DNA of 64,000 bases from positions 32,001 through 96,000 of the forward strand of contig CAVSNY010000004.1 of the NCBI GenBank assembly GCA_963729605.1, given 5' to 3'. The notes under the pieces were generated by a model, which saw nothing but the letters and a program-made list of their open reading frames with translations, was not told the origin of the DNA and made no database searches. The stretch is from an uncultured Gammaproteobacteria bacterium (lineage in GTDB: Bacteria > Pseudomonadota > Gammaproteobacteria > DRLM01). Of the stretch, positions 43,987-55,191 are shown piece after piece. The stretch's first letter is position 1, and each line of letters starts with the position of its first letter. The position numbers and the translations under genes are program-made.

Positions 43987-45078
43987 ATGGCCGAGGTGTC
44001 CCGCCTCCAGGTGGAAATGGCGCTGAAAAGTTTCACCGATCCCTACTTGAAGCAGGATTTGGTTGCCAGCAAGGCGGTCAAGAATATCGCGATCAGCGGC
44101 GACCGCGTGACGGTGGACGTGGTGCTGGGTTATCCCGCCGCGGGAGTGCGTGCGCAATGGATCGCCGAACTCAAGGCCAAAGTAGAGGCTATCGATGGCG
44201 TGGCCCATGCTGACATTCACCTCTCATGGGAGGTGATGGCGCATGCGGTGCAGCGCGGCGTGGCGACCCTCAAGGAAGTGAAGAATATTATCGCGGTGGC
44301 CTCCGGCAAGGGCGGGGTGGGCAAATCCACCACCGCGGTGAATCTGGCCTTGGCCTTGGCCGCGGAGGGCGCCACGGTGGGTATCCTCGATGCGGATATC
44401 TACGGTCCCAGCCAGCCGCGCATGTTGGGCGCGGACGGCCGCCCCGAGAGCAAAGACGGCAAATCCATGGAGCCGATCACGGCCCACGGCATACAATCCA
44501 TGTCCATCGGTTATCTGATCGATGAAGAATCGCCGATGATCTGGCGCGGTCCCATGGTCACTCAGGCGCTCACCCAATTGCTGAATGAGACCAACTGGCA
44601 TGGCTTGGATTATTTGGTGGTGGACCTGCCGCCGGGCACCGGCGATATTCAACTCACCCTGGCGCAGCGCATTCCGGTCAGCGGCGCGGTGATCGTGACC
44701 ACGCCGCAGGATATCGCCCTGCTGGACGCGCGCAAGGGACTCAAGATGTTCGAGAAGGTCGAGGTGCCGGTGCTGGGTATCGTGGAAAACATGAGTATCC
44801 ACCTGTGCAGCCAGTGCGGTCACGCCGAACACATCTTCGGTGAAGGCGGCGGTGAACGCATGGCCAAACAATATGACGTGGCGTTTCTCGGCGCCTTGCC
44901 TTTGGATATCCATATTCGCGAGCAGGCCGACGGCGGTAAACCCACGGTGGTGGCCGACCCGGACGGTCCGGTGTCGCGCATCTATCGCGATATCGCGCGG
45001 CGGGTGGCGGCATCCTTGGCCTTGCGCGCGCGGGATTACAGCGGCAAATTTCCCAATATCGTCATTCAAAACACCTGA
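43987..45078 (+). CDS. apbC: Iron-sulfur cluster carrier ApbC/Mrp
   Basis: SGKGGVGKST, DADIYGPS, WRGPM, DLPPGTGD, ENMS..CxxC. Confidence 0.95.
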   Translation: MAEVSRLQVEMALKSFTDPYLKQDLVASKAVKNIAISGDRVTVDVVLGYPAAGVRAQWIAELKAKVEAIDGVAHADIHLSWEVMAHAVQRGVATLKEVKNIIAVASGKGGVGKSTTAVNLALALAAEGATVGILDADIYGPSQPRMLGADGRPESKDGKSMEPITAHGIQSMSIGYLIDEESPMIWRGPMVTQALTQLLNETNWHGLDYLVVDLPPGTGDIQLTLAQRIPVSGAVIVTTPQDIALLDARKGLKMFEKVEVPVLGIVENMSIHLCSQCGHAEHIFGEGGGERMAKQYDVAFLGALPLDIHIREQADGGKPTVVADPDGPVSRIYRDIARRVAASLALRARDYSGKFPNIVIQNT

Positions 45079-45164
45079 GATGACGGGTTCCCCCTCAGCG
45101 GCGGGTTCCACCGTGGGGCGGCGTTGCCGGATAAAAAATTCTTGATATTAAGCGAAGGCCTCAC

Positions 45165-45731
45165 ATGAGCATCAAGTCAGACAAGTGGATCCGCCGCATG
45201 GCCGAACAGCACGGCATGATCGAGCCCTTCGAACCCAATCAAGTGCGGGAGAGAAACGGTGAACGTCTGATTTCCTACGGCACTTCCAGTTATGGCTACG
45301 ATATCCGCTGTGCCGACGAATTCAAGATATTCACCAATATCAACTCGGCCATCGTCGATCCGAAAAATTTCGACGCCAACAGTTTCGTCGATATCAAATC
45401 GGCGGTCTGCATCATCCCGCCCAACTCGTTCGCCCTGGCGCGCACCGTGGAATATTTCCGGATTCCGCGCAACGTGCTCACCATCTGCCTCGGCAAATCC
45501 ACGTATGCCCGCTGCGGGATCATCGTCAATGTCACGCCGTTGGAACCCGAATGGGAAGGTCACGTGACCCTGGAATTCTCCAACACCACGCCGTTGCCCG
45601 CGAAGATCTACGCGAACGAGGGTGTGGCGCAGGTGTTGTTTCTGGAATCCGACGAGGTATGCGAGACTTCGTACAAGGATCGCGGCGGTAAGTATCAGGG
45701 CCAGCGCGGCGTCACCTTGCCCAAGGCGTGA
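45165..45731 (+). CDS. dcd: dCTP deaminase
   Basis: [28 protein letters not shown]. Confidence 0.96.
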   Translation: MSIKSDKWIRRMAEQHGMIEPFEPNQVRERNGERLISYGTSSYGYDIRCADEFKIFTNINSAIVDPKNFDANSFVDIKSAVCIIPPNSFALARTVEYFRIPRNVLTICLGKSTYARCGIIVNVTPLEPEWEGHVTLEFSNTTPLPAKIYANEGVAQVLFLESDEVCETSYKDRGGKYQGQRGVTLPKA

Positions 45732-45753
45732 GCCGATACGGTCCCCGCCGGGT

Positions 45754-46503
45754 TCAGCGCGCCGGCAGTCCCTTCACCGATTGGATGTCCATGCTGAGGC
45801 GGCTACCGTCGGTTTCCTGTTGTTCGAGACGCACCGGCAGATAGTTCAGCGCCGGCGCGCACCACACGATGGTGTCGCGCTTGTCGTCGAGCCGTTCGAT
45901 CTTGACGGTCTTAAATTTACCCAGCGGGGTATTCATCATCTCTTCGCCGAGGACCTCGAATCGGTAATTCTTCAGGCGGCCGCCGTCGGCGACATTGTAT
46001 TGCAAGTCGGTGCGGCCCTTTTTCAAATCCTGCATGATCGCCAGTTGGTGAAGCAGCTTGTCTTGCGTGCCCGCGGGAATGTCCATGCGCCACGGGTCGC
46101 CGTCGATGTTATTGGTCACCACGCCGCGCCCCCAATCAAAGAGCAACTTGACGCGCCGGGCCTTTTTGCCGCCGTGGCGATTGTATACATATTCGAGAGG
46201 GCGCACTTGGCCCTCGTGGAAGGTCCAGATGCTGCGTTCTTCGATGCGGTCTTTGACGAACCAGGCGATCATGCCGGTGGCGTAGGTGACGGATTCGAAG
46301 ATATAACGGCCCTCGCCGGCGGTGCGCAGGCTGCGGGTGGCGTTGCCCAGCGAGACCCCGTTGCGCTTTAAAACATACTCGGCGCTGAAATTGGGAAAGG
46401 GCGCTGTTTCCTCGGCGAGCACGGAAGGACTGATGGTCCAGCCCAGCGCCAGCCCCGCCCAAAAAACACACACTGCCTTGCGAAGGGAGGTCACTTTAGT
46501 CAT
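45754..46503 (-). CDS. DUF3108 exported protein
   Basis: Signal peptide, QDKL..QL, TPLGKFKT, WCAPALNYLPVR; downstream of purN. Confidence 0.8.
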   Translation of the reverse strand: MTKVTSLRKAVCVFWAGLALGWTISPSVLAEETAPFPNFSAEYVLKRNGVSLGNATRSLRTAGEGRYIFESVTYATGMIAWFVKDRIEERSIWTFHEGQVRPLEYVYNRHGGKKARRVKLLFDWGRGVVTNNIDGDPWRMDIPAGTQDKLLHQLAIMQDLKKGRTDLQYNVADGGRLKNYRFEVLGEEMMNTPLGKFKTVKIERLDDKRDTIVWCAPALNYLPVRLEQQETDGSRLSMDIQSVKGLPAR

Positions 46504-47159
46504 TCGCTGGTTGTCTGCCGTGGTAGCCGTACCGGTTGGCCGTCGAGCATAGCCCGGTTCGCGCGCAATGTCAGCCGCCCTTCGGCGAACCAGCGGATCA
46601 CTTGCGGATAGAGTGCGTGTTCGGCCTGTTGCACGCGCGCCGCCAGACTGGACGCATCGTCGCCGGGCAATACGGCGACGACGGTTTGCGCCGCCACCGG
46701 GCCGCCGTCCAATTCGGCGGTGACGAAGTGGATGCTCACGCCGTGTTCCTTCACGCCGGCCTCCAGCGCGCGCCGGTGGGTGTCGATGCCGCGAAAGGCG
46801 GGCAACAGGGACGGATGCACGTTGAGCAAGCGGCCGTGATAATGCGCGACGAATTCCGGCGTGAGGATGCGCATGAATCCGGCGAGCACGACTAATCGCG
46901 GCTGGTACTGATCTATCGCGGCTTGCAGCGCGGCATCGAACGTGGCGCGGTCCGGGTACTGGCGGTGATCCACCACCAGCGCCGCGATACCCGCGCGGCG
47001 CGCGCGCTCCAAACCTTGCGCCTCGGGTTTATTGCTGATGACGGCGCGGATCTCCACCGGCAACGCCGCGGTCGCTACCGCGTCGATGATGGCTTGCAGA
47101 TTACTGCCGTTGCCCGAGATGAGAACGACGACAGGCAAACGCGGAGCGGCGTCACTCAT
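46500..47159 (-). CDS. purN: Phosphoribosylglycinamide formyltransferase
   Basis: [37 protein letters not shown]. Confidence 0.95.
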   Translation of the reverse strand: MSDAAPRLPVVVLISGNGSNLQAIIDAVATAALPVEIRAVISNKPEAQGLERARRAGIAALVVDHRQYPDRATFDAALQAAIDQYQPRLVVLAGFMRILTPEFVAHYHGRLLNVHPSLLPAFRGIDTHRRALEAGVKEHGVSIHFVTAELDGGPVAAQTVVAVLPGDDASSLAARVQQAEHALYPQVIRWFAEGRLTLRANRAMLDGQPVRLPRQTTSE

Positions 47160-48211
47160 GAGGCGGTGAGCGTCACCTGATGGGCGGCGCCGCGGCGCCG
47201 CGCGACCTCGCCGATGCGCCAGGCCGTCTCGCCCAGTTCGCGCAAGCGGCGCAGCGCCCGTTCGGCCTCGGCGGCGGGCACGCAGACGATCATGCCGATG
47301 CCGCAATTGAAGGTGCGGTACATCTCGTCGTCGGCGACCTTGCCTTGGCTTTGCAGCCAGCCGAACACCGGCGGGCGCGGCCAGCTGGCGGTATTGATGA
47401 AGGCTTGGGTCTCTTCGGGCAGCACCCGCGGCAGATTCTCGGTGATGCCGCCGCCGGTGATGTGGGCGAGGGCGTGCACCGGCACGTCGCTCAAGAGGGC
47501 CAGCAGCGATTTGACGTAGATACGGGTCGGTTCGAGCAAGGTGTCGCCCAGGCTTCGGCCGTGGAACTCTTGCGAGAGATCGGCGCCGCTCACCTCGATG
47601 ATCTTGCGGATCAGCGAATAGCCGTTGGAATGCGGGCCGGACGAGGCGAGACCGATCAGCACATCGCCGGCGGCGACCCGGCTGCCGTCGATGATGCGTT
47701 CTTTTTCCACCACGCCCACGCAGAAGCCGGCGAGGTCGTAGTCGCCGCCGTGATACATGCCGGGCATTTCGGCGGTCTCGCCGCCCACCAGCGCGGCGCC
47801 GGCCAGCTCGCAGCCGCGGCCGATGCCGCCCACCACCGCCGCCGCGACGTCCACGTCCAAATGGCCGGTGGCGTAGTAGTCGAGGAAGAACAGCGGTTCG
47901 GCGCCCTGCACCACGATGTCGTTGACGCACATCGCGACGAGGTCGATGCCGATGGTGTCGTGTTTGGCGAGTTGCATGGCCAGCTTGAGTTTGGTGCCGA
48001 CGCCGTCGGTGCCGGACACCAGCACCGGCTGGCGATAGCCGGCGGGGATCTCGAACAAGGCGCCGAAACCGCCGAGACCGGCCAGCACGCCGGGACGGCG
48101 GGTGCGGGCGGCGATGGGTTTGATCCGATCGACCAGGCGGTCGCCGGCGTCGATGTCCACGCCGGCGTCGCGGTAGCTCAAGCCGGATTGGGGGGGCTGG
48201 GTAGTGCTCAT
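47156..48211 (-). CDS. purM: Phosphoribosylformylglycinamidine cyclo-ligase
   Basis: [36 protein letters not shown]. Confidence 0.97.
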   Translation of the reverse strand: MSTTQPPQSGLSYRDAGVDIDAGDRLVDRIKPIAARTRRPGVLAGLGGFGALFEIPAGYRQPVLVSGTDGVGTKLKLAMQLAKHDTIGIDLVAMCVNDIVVQGAEPLFFLDYYATGHLDVDVAAAVVGGIGRGCELAGAALVGGETAEMPGMYHGGDYDLAGFCVGVVEKERIIDGSRVAAGDVLIGLASSGPHSNGYSLIRKIIEVSGADLSQEFHGRSLGDTLLEPTRIYVKSLLALLSDVPVHALAHITGGGITENLPRVLPEETQAFINTASWPRPPVFGWLQSQGKVADDEMYRTFNCGIGMIVCVPAAEAERALRRLRELGETAWRIGEVARRRGAAHQVTLTAS

Positions 48212-48359
48212 GGGATGATGGTCGCTGTGTCGTTCGCAGAAAATGTTGCGCGTATTGTAGCGGTTGCGCCGGCCCTTGTCCCCGGTCGCGTACCCGGCGC
48301 GGGGGAGAAGCGTGTATCATTTCGCCGGACGTGGCGCTTTGCGAAGGATCAAAGGGATC

Positions 48360-49403
48360 ATGAGTCGATTGATAATATTCTGCATGGTTGCCGCGCTGCT
48401 GGCGCTGTCGCCGCGCGCCGGGTGGGCGGTGGAGGTGACCGACTTGTACGAGGCCGAGATCGCGGTGGCCGATCAAAGCGCCGCCGCCCGCGCCGCCGCC
48501 AGCCGCGCCGCCCTGGCCGAGGTGCTGGTGAAGGTGACCGGCAGCGCCGCCGCGCCCGCCCAGCCTGAGTTCAAAACCCTGCTGCAGCAGGCCGAGCAGG
48601 CAATGCAGCGTTACGGCTATCGTACGGCGGAGGGGGGGCAAAGTTTGCAGGTGAGTTTCGACCGGCAGGCCATCAATCAACGCGTTTACGACGCGGGTTT
48701 CCCGGTGTGGGACCGCAACCGTCCGCAGATTTTGCTGTGGCTGGCGCTGGAAGACGCGGGCGGGCGGACCCTGGTGGGCGGTGAAAACCGGCCCGAGTTA
48801 CAGGCGGTGGTCAAGGACCGGGCGCAACGCCGCGGCCTGCCGGTGAGTTTGCCCAAGCTGGATAGGGACGACCAAACCGCGGTCAGTGTGGCCGATGTGT
48901 GGGGCCAGTTCATCGAACCGGTGGCGCAGGGCTCGGCCCGTTATCAAGCCGACGCGCTGCTGCTCGGCCGGGTCTATTCGATCGGGCCGGAGCGTTGGCG
49001 CGGGCACTGGACCTTGCGGCATGCCGGCAGCACCGCCAGTTGGGAGGCGGGCGCGGGTTCGGTGGCCGACGTGGTGGCGGCCGGACTCAATCAGGTCGCG
49101 GAGAATATGGCCCGGCGTTACGCGCTGGTGTTGAAGCCCGGGGTGAGCAGCGTGGCGACCTTGGTGGTGGAGAATGTGGCCAACGTCCAGGATTACGCCC
49201 GGCTGTCGCGTTATCTCGGCGGGCTGGACCCGGTGGGCGGCGTCGCCGTGGAGCGGGTCGAGGGCGCCAGCGTCGTGTACCGTGTGCAAGTGCGCGGCGA
49301 GTTGCAGGGTCTCACCCAGTCTTTGGCGCTGGGCCGGGTGCTCACGCCGGTGGCGGGGGGATCGACGCCCGGCGATGAACTGTTGTATCGATTGATGCCG
49401 TGA
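48360..49403 (+). CDS. DUF2066 exported protein
   Basis: DLYEAE, VLVKVTG, W..NRP..LLWL; divergent from purM. Confidence 0.82.
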   Translation: MSRLIIFCMVAALLALSPRAGWAVEVTDLYEAEIAVADQSAAARAAASRAALAEVLVKVTGSAAAPAQPEFKTLLQQAEQAMQRYGYRTAEGGQSLQVSFDRQAINQRVYDAGFPVWDRNRPQILLWLALEDAGGRTLVGGENRPELQAVVKDRAQRRGLPVSLPKLDRDDQTAVSVADVWGQFIEPVAQGSARYQADALLLGRVYSIGPERWRGHWTLRHAGSTASWEAGAGSVADVVAAGLNQVAENMARRYALVLKPGVSSVATLVVENVANVQDYARLSRYLGGLDPVGGVAVERVEGASVVYRVQVRGELQGLTQSLALGRVLTPVAGGSTPGDELLYRLMP

Positions 49404-49957
49404 ACCTGCGGGACATCCCCAACACGATTAGTGTGCTGCGCATGGTGCTGGTCGTGCCGGTGGCCTGGTTTTTGTTGACCCAGCGCTACACGGAAGCCTT
49501 GCTGACCTTTCTCATCGCGGGCATCTCCGACGGTGTGGACGGTTATCTCGCCAAACGCTTCGGCTGGCACAGCCGCCTGGGCTCCATCCTCGATCCGCTG
49601 GCGGACAAACTGTTGCTGGTCACTACTTACGTGGTGCTCGGCTGGCTGGAGGTGTTGCCGCTGTGGCTGGTGATCACGGTGGTGGCCCGCGACGTGGTGC
49701 TGTTCAGTGGCGCGCTGGCCTTTCACTGGCTGGTGGGCCGCTACGATATGGAGCCGAGCTGGATCAGCAAATTCAATACCGTGGCGCAGATCGTGCTCGC
49801 GGTCGCGGCGGTGGCCTCGCTCGATTTATTGCCCATGCTGGCCGGCATCGTGGAAGGGCTGATTTACGTAGTGCTGATCACCACTCTGCTGAGCGGCGCC
49901 GACTACGTGTGGACCTGGGGTGTGCGGGCTTACCGCGCGCGGCGGGCGCCGCGCTGA
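49400..49957 (+). CDS. CDP-alcohol phosphatidyltransferase
   Basis: IPNTISVLR, SDGVDGYLAK...G..LDPLADK. Confidence 0.9.
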   Translation: MNLRDIPNTISVLRMVLVVPVAWFLLTQRYTEALLTFLIAGISDGVDGYLAKRFGWHSRLGSILDPLADKLLLVTTYVVLGWLEVLPLWLVITVVARDVVLFSGALAFHWLVGRYDMEPSWISKFNTVAQIVLAVAAVASLDLLPMLAGIVEGLIYVVLITTLLSGADYVWTWGVRAYRARRAPR

Positions 49958-50031
49958 ATTAATCCAGGTCTCTGACCCTGCCGGGGTGCGTCAATGCTTG
50001 CGCGTCAGGTCGGAGCGAGTTAGGCCGGAGT

Positions 50032-50191
50032 GTGACGCGTCAAGGCCAGAGTGACGCGTCAAGGCCAGGGTGACGCGTCAAGATCAGAGTGATGCGTCAA
50101 GGCCAGAGTGATGCGTCAAGGCCAGAGTGATGCGTCAAGGCCAGAGTGATGCGTCAAGGCCAGAGTGATGCGTCAAGGCCAGAGTGACGCG
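50032..50191. repeat. 19-bp tandem repeat, 8 full units plus a partial
   Basis: Unit GTGAYGCGTCAAGGCCAGA, contiguous, no spacers. Confidence 0.95.
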
Positions 50192-50210
50192 ACGCGCTGC
50201 TTTTGATTTT

Positions 50211-50257
50211 TCCCCTCCTTGTCACAAGGAGGGGTGGCCCGCAGGGCCGGGGTGGTT
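50211..50257. repeat. CCCCTCCTT/AAGGAGGGG REP-like palindrome
   Basis: CCCCTCCTTGTCACAAGGAGGGGTGGCCCGCAGGGCCGGGGTGGTT. Confidence 0.6.
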
Positions 50258-50356
50258 GCTCTTCGCGAAGGGCGTGGTAGCGCAGCGCATTGAATCGCTG
50301 ACTCTCTACGTCACCGGTTTTATCAGCGGTATTTAACAATGGAACGAGAATCACGG

Positions 50357-51424
50357 ATGCTGAGTGATACCCAAAAATGGTTGCTGTTGGCGGGGCTCGT
50401 CGCTTCCGCCGTGTTGTTGTATTTACTGGGGCCGGTGCTCACGCCGTTTTTAGTCGGCGCGGGCCTGGCGTATCTCGGCGATCCGCTGGCGGACCGTTTG
50501 GAGGCCAAGGGTTTGCCGCGCACCCTGGCGGTGGTGGTGGTCTTCTCGGTGATGCTGGCGGTGCTGGTGTTGGCCGCCGTGGTGCTGGTGCCGCTGTTGC
50601 AGCAACAAGTGATGGTGTTGATCGACAAACTGCCGGCCTATCTCGATTGGCTGGAGCATCAAGCCTTGCCTTGGTTGCAGCGGCAGGTGGGATTCGCCGA
50701 ACTGCGCCTGGATGTGGAAAGCCTCAAGCAGGCGCTGATGGCGCACTGGCAGCAAGTGGGCGGCGTGGCGGCGGGCGTGCTGGGCTCGGTGACCCGTTCC
50801 GGCGTGGCGATCATGGGGTGGCTGGCGACCGTGGTGCTGATCCCGCTGGTGGCGTTTTATTTGCTGCGCGACTGGGATGTGATGATCGCGCGCATCGGTG
50901 CGCTGGTTCCGCGCCGCCACCTGCCGGTGGTCACCCGGCTGGCCAAGGAGTGTGATGCCGTGCTCGGCGGTTTTCTGCGCGGGCAAGTCGCCGTGATGAC
51001 CCTGCTGGGGGCGGTGTATACCGTGGGCTTGTGGCTGGTGGGATTGGACCTCGCGCTGCTCATCGGCGTGTTCGCGGGGCTGGTGAGCTTCGTGCCGTAC
51101 CTGGGTTTTATCCTGGGGGTCTTGTTCGCCGGCGTGGCGGCGCTGATGCAGTTTCAAGAACTGTTTCCCCTGTTGCTGGTGCTGGCGGTGTTCGGCGTGG
51201 GGCAGGTGTTGGAAAGTTTCATCTTCACGCCTTGGCTGGTGGGTGATCGCATCGGCTTGCATCCGGTGGCCGTCATTTTCGCGGTGATGGCGGGTGGGCA
51301 ATTGTTCGGTTTCGTCGGCGTATTGCTGGCCTTGCCGGTGACGGCGGTGCTGGTGGTGTTGCTGCGTTACGGCAAGGAGCGTTATCTGGCCAGCCGGGTT
51401 TACGCCGGCGGCGACGGCGCTTGA
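50357..51424 (+). CDS. AI-2E family transporter (PerM-like)
   Basis: AYLGDPLADRL, FLRGQ, FVPYLG, IGLHPV, GVLLALP. Confidence 0.9.
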   Translation: MLSDTQKWLLLAGLVASAVLLYLLGPVLTPFLVGAGLAYLGDPLADRLEAKGLPRTLAVVVVFSVMLAVLVLAAVVLVPLLQQQVMVLIDKLPAYLDWLEHQALPWLQRQVGFAELRLDVESLKQALMAHWQQVGGVAAGVLGSVTRSGVAIMGWLATVVLIPLVAFYLLRDWDVMIARIGALVPRRHLPVVTRLAKECDAVLGGFLRGQVAVMTLLGAVYTVGLWLVGLDLALLIGVFAGLVSFVPYLGFILGVLFAGVAALMQFQELFPLLLVLAVFGVGQVLESFIFTPWLVGDRIGLHPVAVIFAVMAGGQLFGFVGVLLALPVTAVLVVLLRYGKERYLASRVYAGGDGA

Positions 51425-52161
51425 GCGAAACGCCGATGTCCCGTTCCGGCCCCCCCGGTTTGTTCGCGCAATTACCGCTCGGCGTCCGCCTGCGGGCCGG
51501 GGCGACCTTCGCCAATTATCATCCCGGCCCCAATCACGAGGCGTTGACGCTGGTGCGGCAGGCGGTCGCCGCCGGCGACGAGCAATGCCTGTATCTGTGG
51601 GGCGGCGCGGGCACCGGCAAGACCCATTTGCTGCAAGCCGCCTGTCATGTCATCGCCGCGCGCGCCGCGCCGGTGGCCTATCTGCCCTTCGCGGACGCCG
51701 CGGATTTCACCCCGGCGATGCTGGACGGTTTGGAGCAATTGCCATGGGTGGTATTGGACGACCTCGACCGCATCGCCGGCGACGCCGCCTGGGAGACCGC
51801 GCTGTTTCATTTGTACAACCGCGTGCGCGAAGCGGGCGGCCGCTTGCTGATGGCGGCGCGCGGCAATCCCGCCACCCTGGCGCTGAACCTGCCCGATCTG
51901 CGTTCGCGGCTGGCCTGGGGCCTGGTATTGCAGCTCCACGAGTTGAGCGACGACGACAAGGCGGCGGCGCTGCGCATGCAGGCCCACCAGCGCGGGATGG
52001 ACATGCCGGTCGAAGTGGCGGTGTTTCTACTGCGCCGTTGCCGCCGCGAGATGCATGCGCTCTTCCAACTGTTGGAGCTGCTGGATCACGCCAGCCTGGC
52101 GGCGCAGCGCAAACTCACCGTGCCCTTCGTCAAATCCGTGCTGGATGCGCCGCCGGCATGA
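51421..52161 (+). CDS. hda: DnaA regulatory inactivator Hda
   Basis: QLPL clamp motif, GAGTGKTHL, LFHLYN, PDLRSRL, LTVPFVK. Confidence 0.93.
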   Translation: MSETPMSRSGPPGLFAQLPLGVRLRAGATFANYHPGPNHEALTLVRQAVAAGDEQCLYLWGGAGTGKTHLLQAACHVIAARAAPVAYLPFADAADFTPAMLDGLEQLPWVVLDDLDRIAGDAAWETALFHLYNRVREAGGRLLMAARGNPATLALNLPDLRSRLAWGLVLQLHELSDDDKAAALRMQAHQRGMDMPVEVAVFLLRRCRREMHALFQLLELLDHASLAAQRKLTVPFVKSVLDAPPA

Positions 52162-52250
52162 ATCCGCCGTGGATGGCTTGCCGCGCCGGTGCGTTAACCG
52201 CGTTGCGTCAGGCAAACGCCGACCTACGGCGTTTGCCGCCAAGACGCCGA

Positions 52251-52697
52251 GGACGCCAAAAAATATTTCTTGAATCAAGGCGGAAAAAAGCCTGTGCCGT
52301 CCTGGTGTCGAATGGTTTAGCGGTCAACCGTGAATATTTCGTATACATCCCCTCTCCCGCAAGGGGAGAGGGGGACGACGTCCCAGGCATTCATCCTTCG
52401 TCCTTTCTCTACGGCAGGACGTACCGACGTACCATGGACGCCAAAAAATATTTCTTGAATCAAGGCGCAAAAAAGCGTGTGCCGTCTTGGTGTCGGATGG
52501 TGTCGCGATTAACCGTGAATATTTCGTATACATCCCCTCTCCCTTGACGGGAGAGGGGTAGGGGAGAGGGTGATCGAAAGCGATGAGGCCCCCATTATAA
52601 CCCCCCCCCCTCTCCCCGTCCCTCTCCCGCAAGGGGAGAGGGGGATGACGTCCCAGGCATTCATCATTCGTCCTTTCTCTACGGCAGGACGTACCAT
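52251..52697. repeat. Tandem duplication of a ~185-bp REP-containing unit
   Basis: 52251-52435 and 52436-52697 both run GGACGCCAAAAAATATTTCTTG ... GGCAGGACGTACC; copy 2 has an extra central REP doublet. Confidence 0.9.
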
Positions 52698-52752
52698 GAC
52701 GACTCACACATGGAATTTTTATTTTTCCGGCGAGCAGGCAGCACAAGACGTT

Positions 52753-53376
<624 letters not shown>

Positions 53377-53504
53377 CTATTCTATAGGCTGTCGCCTTGA
53401 CAGCCCAGGGGGCGCTTGTTAGCTTCACGGAAAAATTTCATTGCACTACAGCCAAATTTCTCCGCGCAATAGGCCCATGACTTTCTCCGGATGGAAGACG
53501 TGAA

Positions 53505-54473
53505 GTGATGATCAAGCCGCGCTTTTACATGGGGGCCGTCGCCCTGTCGATCGTCCTTTCCGGTTGCGCCAGCGCGCCCATGCAGGAGATGAGCGATGCC
53601 CGCCAGGCCTTGCAGGCGGCGCGGGAGGCGGAGGCCGGCGCCTACGCGCCGACGCGCTACAGCGAGGCCGAGCAGCGCCTGTCGCGCGCTGAAAAGCGGT
53701 TGTCGTCCCGCGATTACAAGAGCGCCCGCGATAATGCCCTGACGGCGCGGCGCGAGGCCATCGCCTCGCGCAATATGGCACTGGCCATCAGCCAGGCCAA
53801 GGAGATATTGATCGAAGTCGATGCCGAAAAGGCCTTGTCGCAAGAGGCCCGCGATTGGGTGAGGCAGGCGGAAGCCGCCGCCGCCGCCGGCAACGAAGAA
53901 GAAACGGTGAACGCCGCCTTGCGCGCCAAGAAGCGGGCCTTGGAGGACTTGCGCCGCGCCCGCGAGATCCGGCGGCAGCAACAGCAAGAAAACCGTTCGT
54001 GGCTGGAACAGGCCAAACCGCTGCTGGACGAGGCGCGGCGCGATGAGCCGCGGATGGACGAGGATCAGCGGCGCGCCTTGGCCGAGGCCGCCGCGATTTA
54101 TGCGAACGGGCAGGGTAAAATCGCCTTCGAGCACCTGACCGGATTGTTGGCCGAATTGCGCGCCTTCCTGGCGGCCCCGCCGCCGTCGCCGCCCGCCAAG
54201 GAATACCGCGTCATGCGCGGCGATACCTTGTGGAGCATCGCGGCCAAGCCCGAGGTCTACGGCAACCCGCGCTGGTGGCCGCTCATCTACCGCGCCAATC
54301 GCGCGCGAATCGCCGATGTCGATGTCTTGCGGGCCGGCCAGGTGCTGATCATCGATACCCGGCCCAGCGAGGCGGCGATCGCCCATGCCGTGCAACATGC
54401 CATCCGGCGCGAACAATGGTCGATAGGCGTGGCGGAAAAAGAAGACCAGGCCTATTTGCGCGACGCGCCTTGA
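53505..54473 (+). CDS. DUF4398 + LysM lipoprotein
   Basis: Lipobox LSGC, APMQEMSDARQAL, YRVMRGDTLWSIA...WPLIYRAN. Confidence 0.85.
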   Translation: MMIKPRFYMGAVALSIVLSGCASAPMQEMSDARQALQAAREAEAGAYAPTRYSEAEQRLSRAEKRLSSRDYKSARDNALTARREAIASRNMALAISQAKEILIEVDAEKALSQEARDWVRQAEAAAAAGNEEETVNAALRAKKRALEDLRRAREIRRQQQQENRSWLEQAKPLLDEARRDEPRMDEDQRRALAEAAAIYANGQGKIAFEHLTGLLAELRAFLAAPPPSPPAKEYRVMRGDTLWSIAAKPEVYGNPRWWPLIYRANRARIADVDVLRAGQVLIIDTRPSEAAIAHAVQHAIRREQWSIGVAEKEDQAYLRDAP

Positions 54474-54835
54474 ATTCGGCATATCCGGCGGCATGTCGTT
54501 TGCCGCGGATTTTTCGCGCCGGCGCATGCCGGCGTTTTTTCGTGGCGAGTTTTCGCGCGGAGCGCCCTTGCCGATATCTATCCCAGGTTTGGAACACGCC
54601 CCGGCGCTGTTGTAAAAATCACTTTCTTTTTGTAAAAACCCGGCGTTGCGGTGTGGTGCAGACACACGCCGATCCGAACTCATCCCGGCGCGATCCTCGA
54701 TTTAAATGACGGTGATCGCTGAGGCGGCAGCGGCTTGATGCCGATCCGTCGTCGCATTGGCGGCGATCGGCACGCCGCCTGCATCGTCTATCGCGCGTTG
54801 CGTGAGATTCCAGATATTCATCGAAGGAGACGACC

Positions 54836-55024
54836 ATGCCGCGAGGAGACAAAAGCGCTTATACGGACAAGCAGAAAAGACAGGCCCGCCATATCGAACA
54901 GCAGTATGAAAATAAGGGTGTTTCGGAAAAGGAAGCCGAACGGCGAGCTTGGGCGACCGTGAATAAAGAACACGGCGGCGGCAAAAAATCAGGTAGCGGG
55001 CGACGCCGCGGTAAGGGTCACTGA
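54836..55024 (+). CDS. Small basic protein of the MPRGDKSAYTDKQKR family (often labelled plasmid stabilization protein)
   Basis: AAGGAG RBS; YTDKQKRQA..IE..Y...G....EAERRAWATVNK. Confidence 0.85.
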   Translation: MPRGDKSAYTDKQKRQARHIEQQYENKGVSEKEAERRAWATVNKEHGGGKKSGSGRRRGKGH

Positions 55025-55191
55025 GCCGCACGGTAATCAACCGAGCGGGTAAAAACACCGCTCGGCTGCGCCGAGAGGGGATGGATGCGAACGGCCGGAA
55101 AATAGTCGGCGTTCCGTCTGATTCATGTTTCGTATTTTCATATATTGAATTGTCATTGCCGTAGCGTCTCGGTTACGGCGGGAGGCCGGCC

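Noticed and set aside
46500-48680. 726-aa purN fusion ORF
   Set aside because: Only the last ~219 aa are PurN; the upstream part is an alternative frame over purM
50032-50191. CRISPR array
   Set aside because: Units are contiguous 19-mers with no unique spacers, and there are no cas genes in the window
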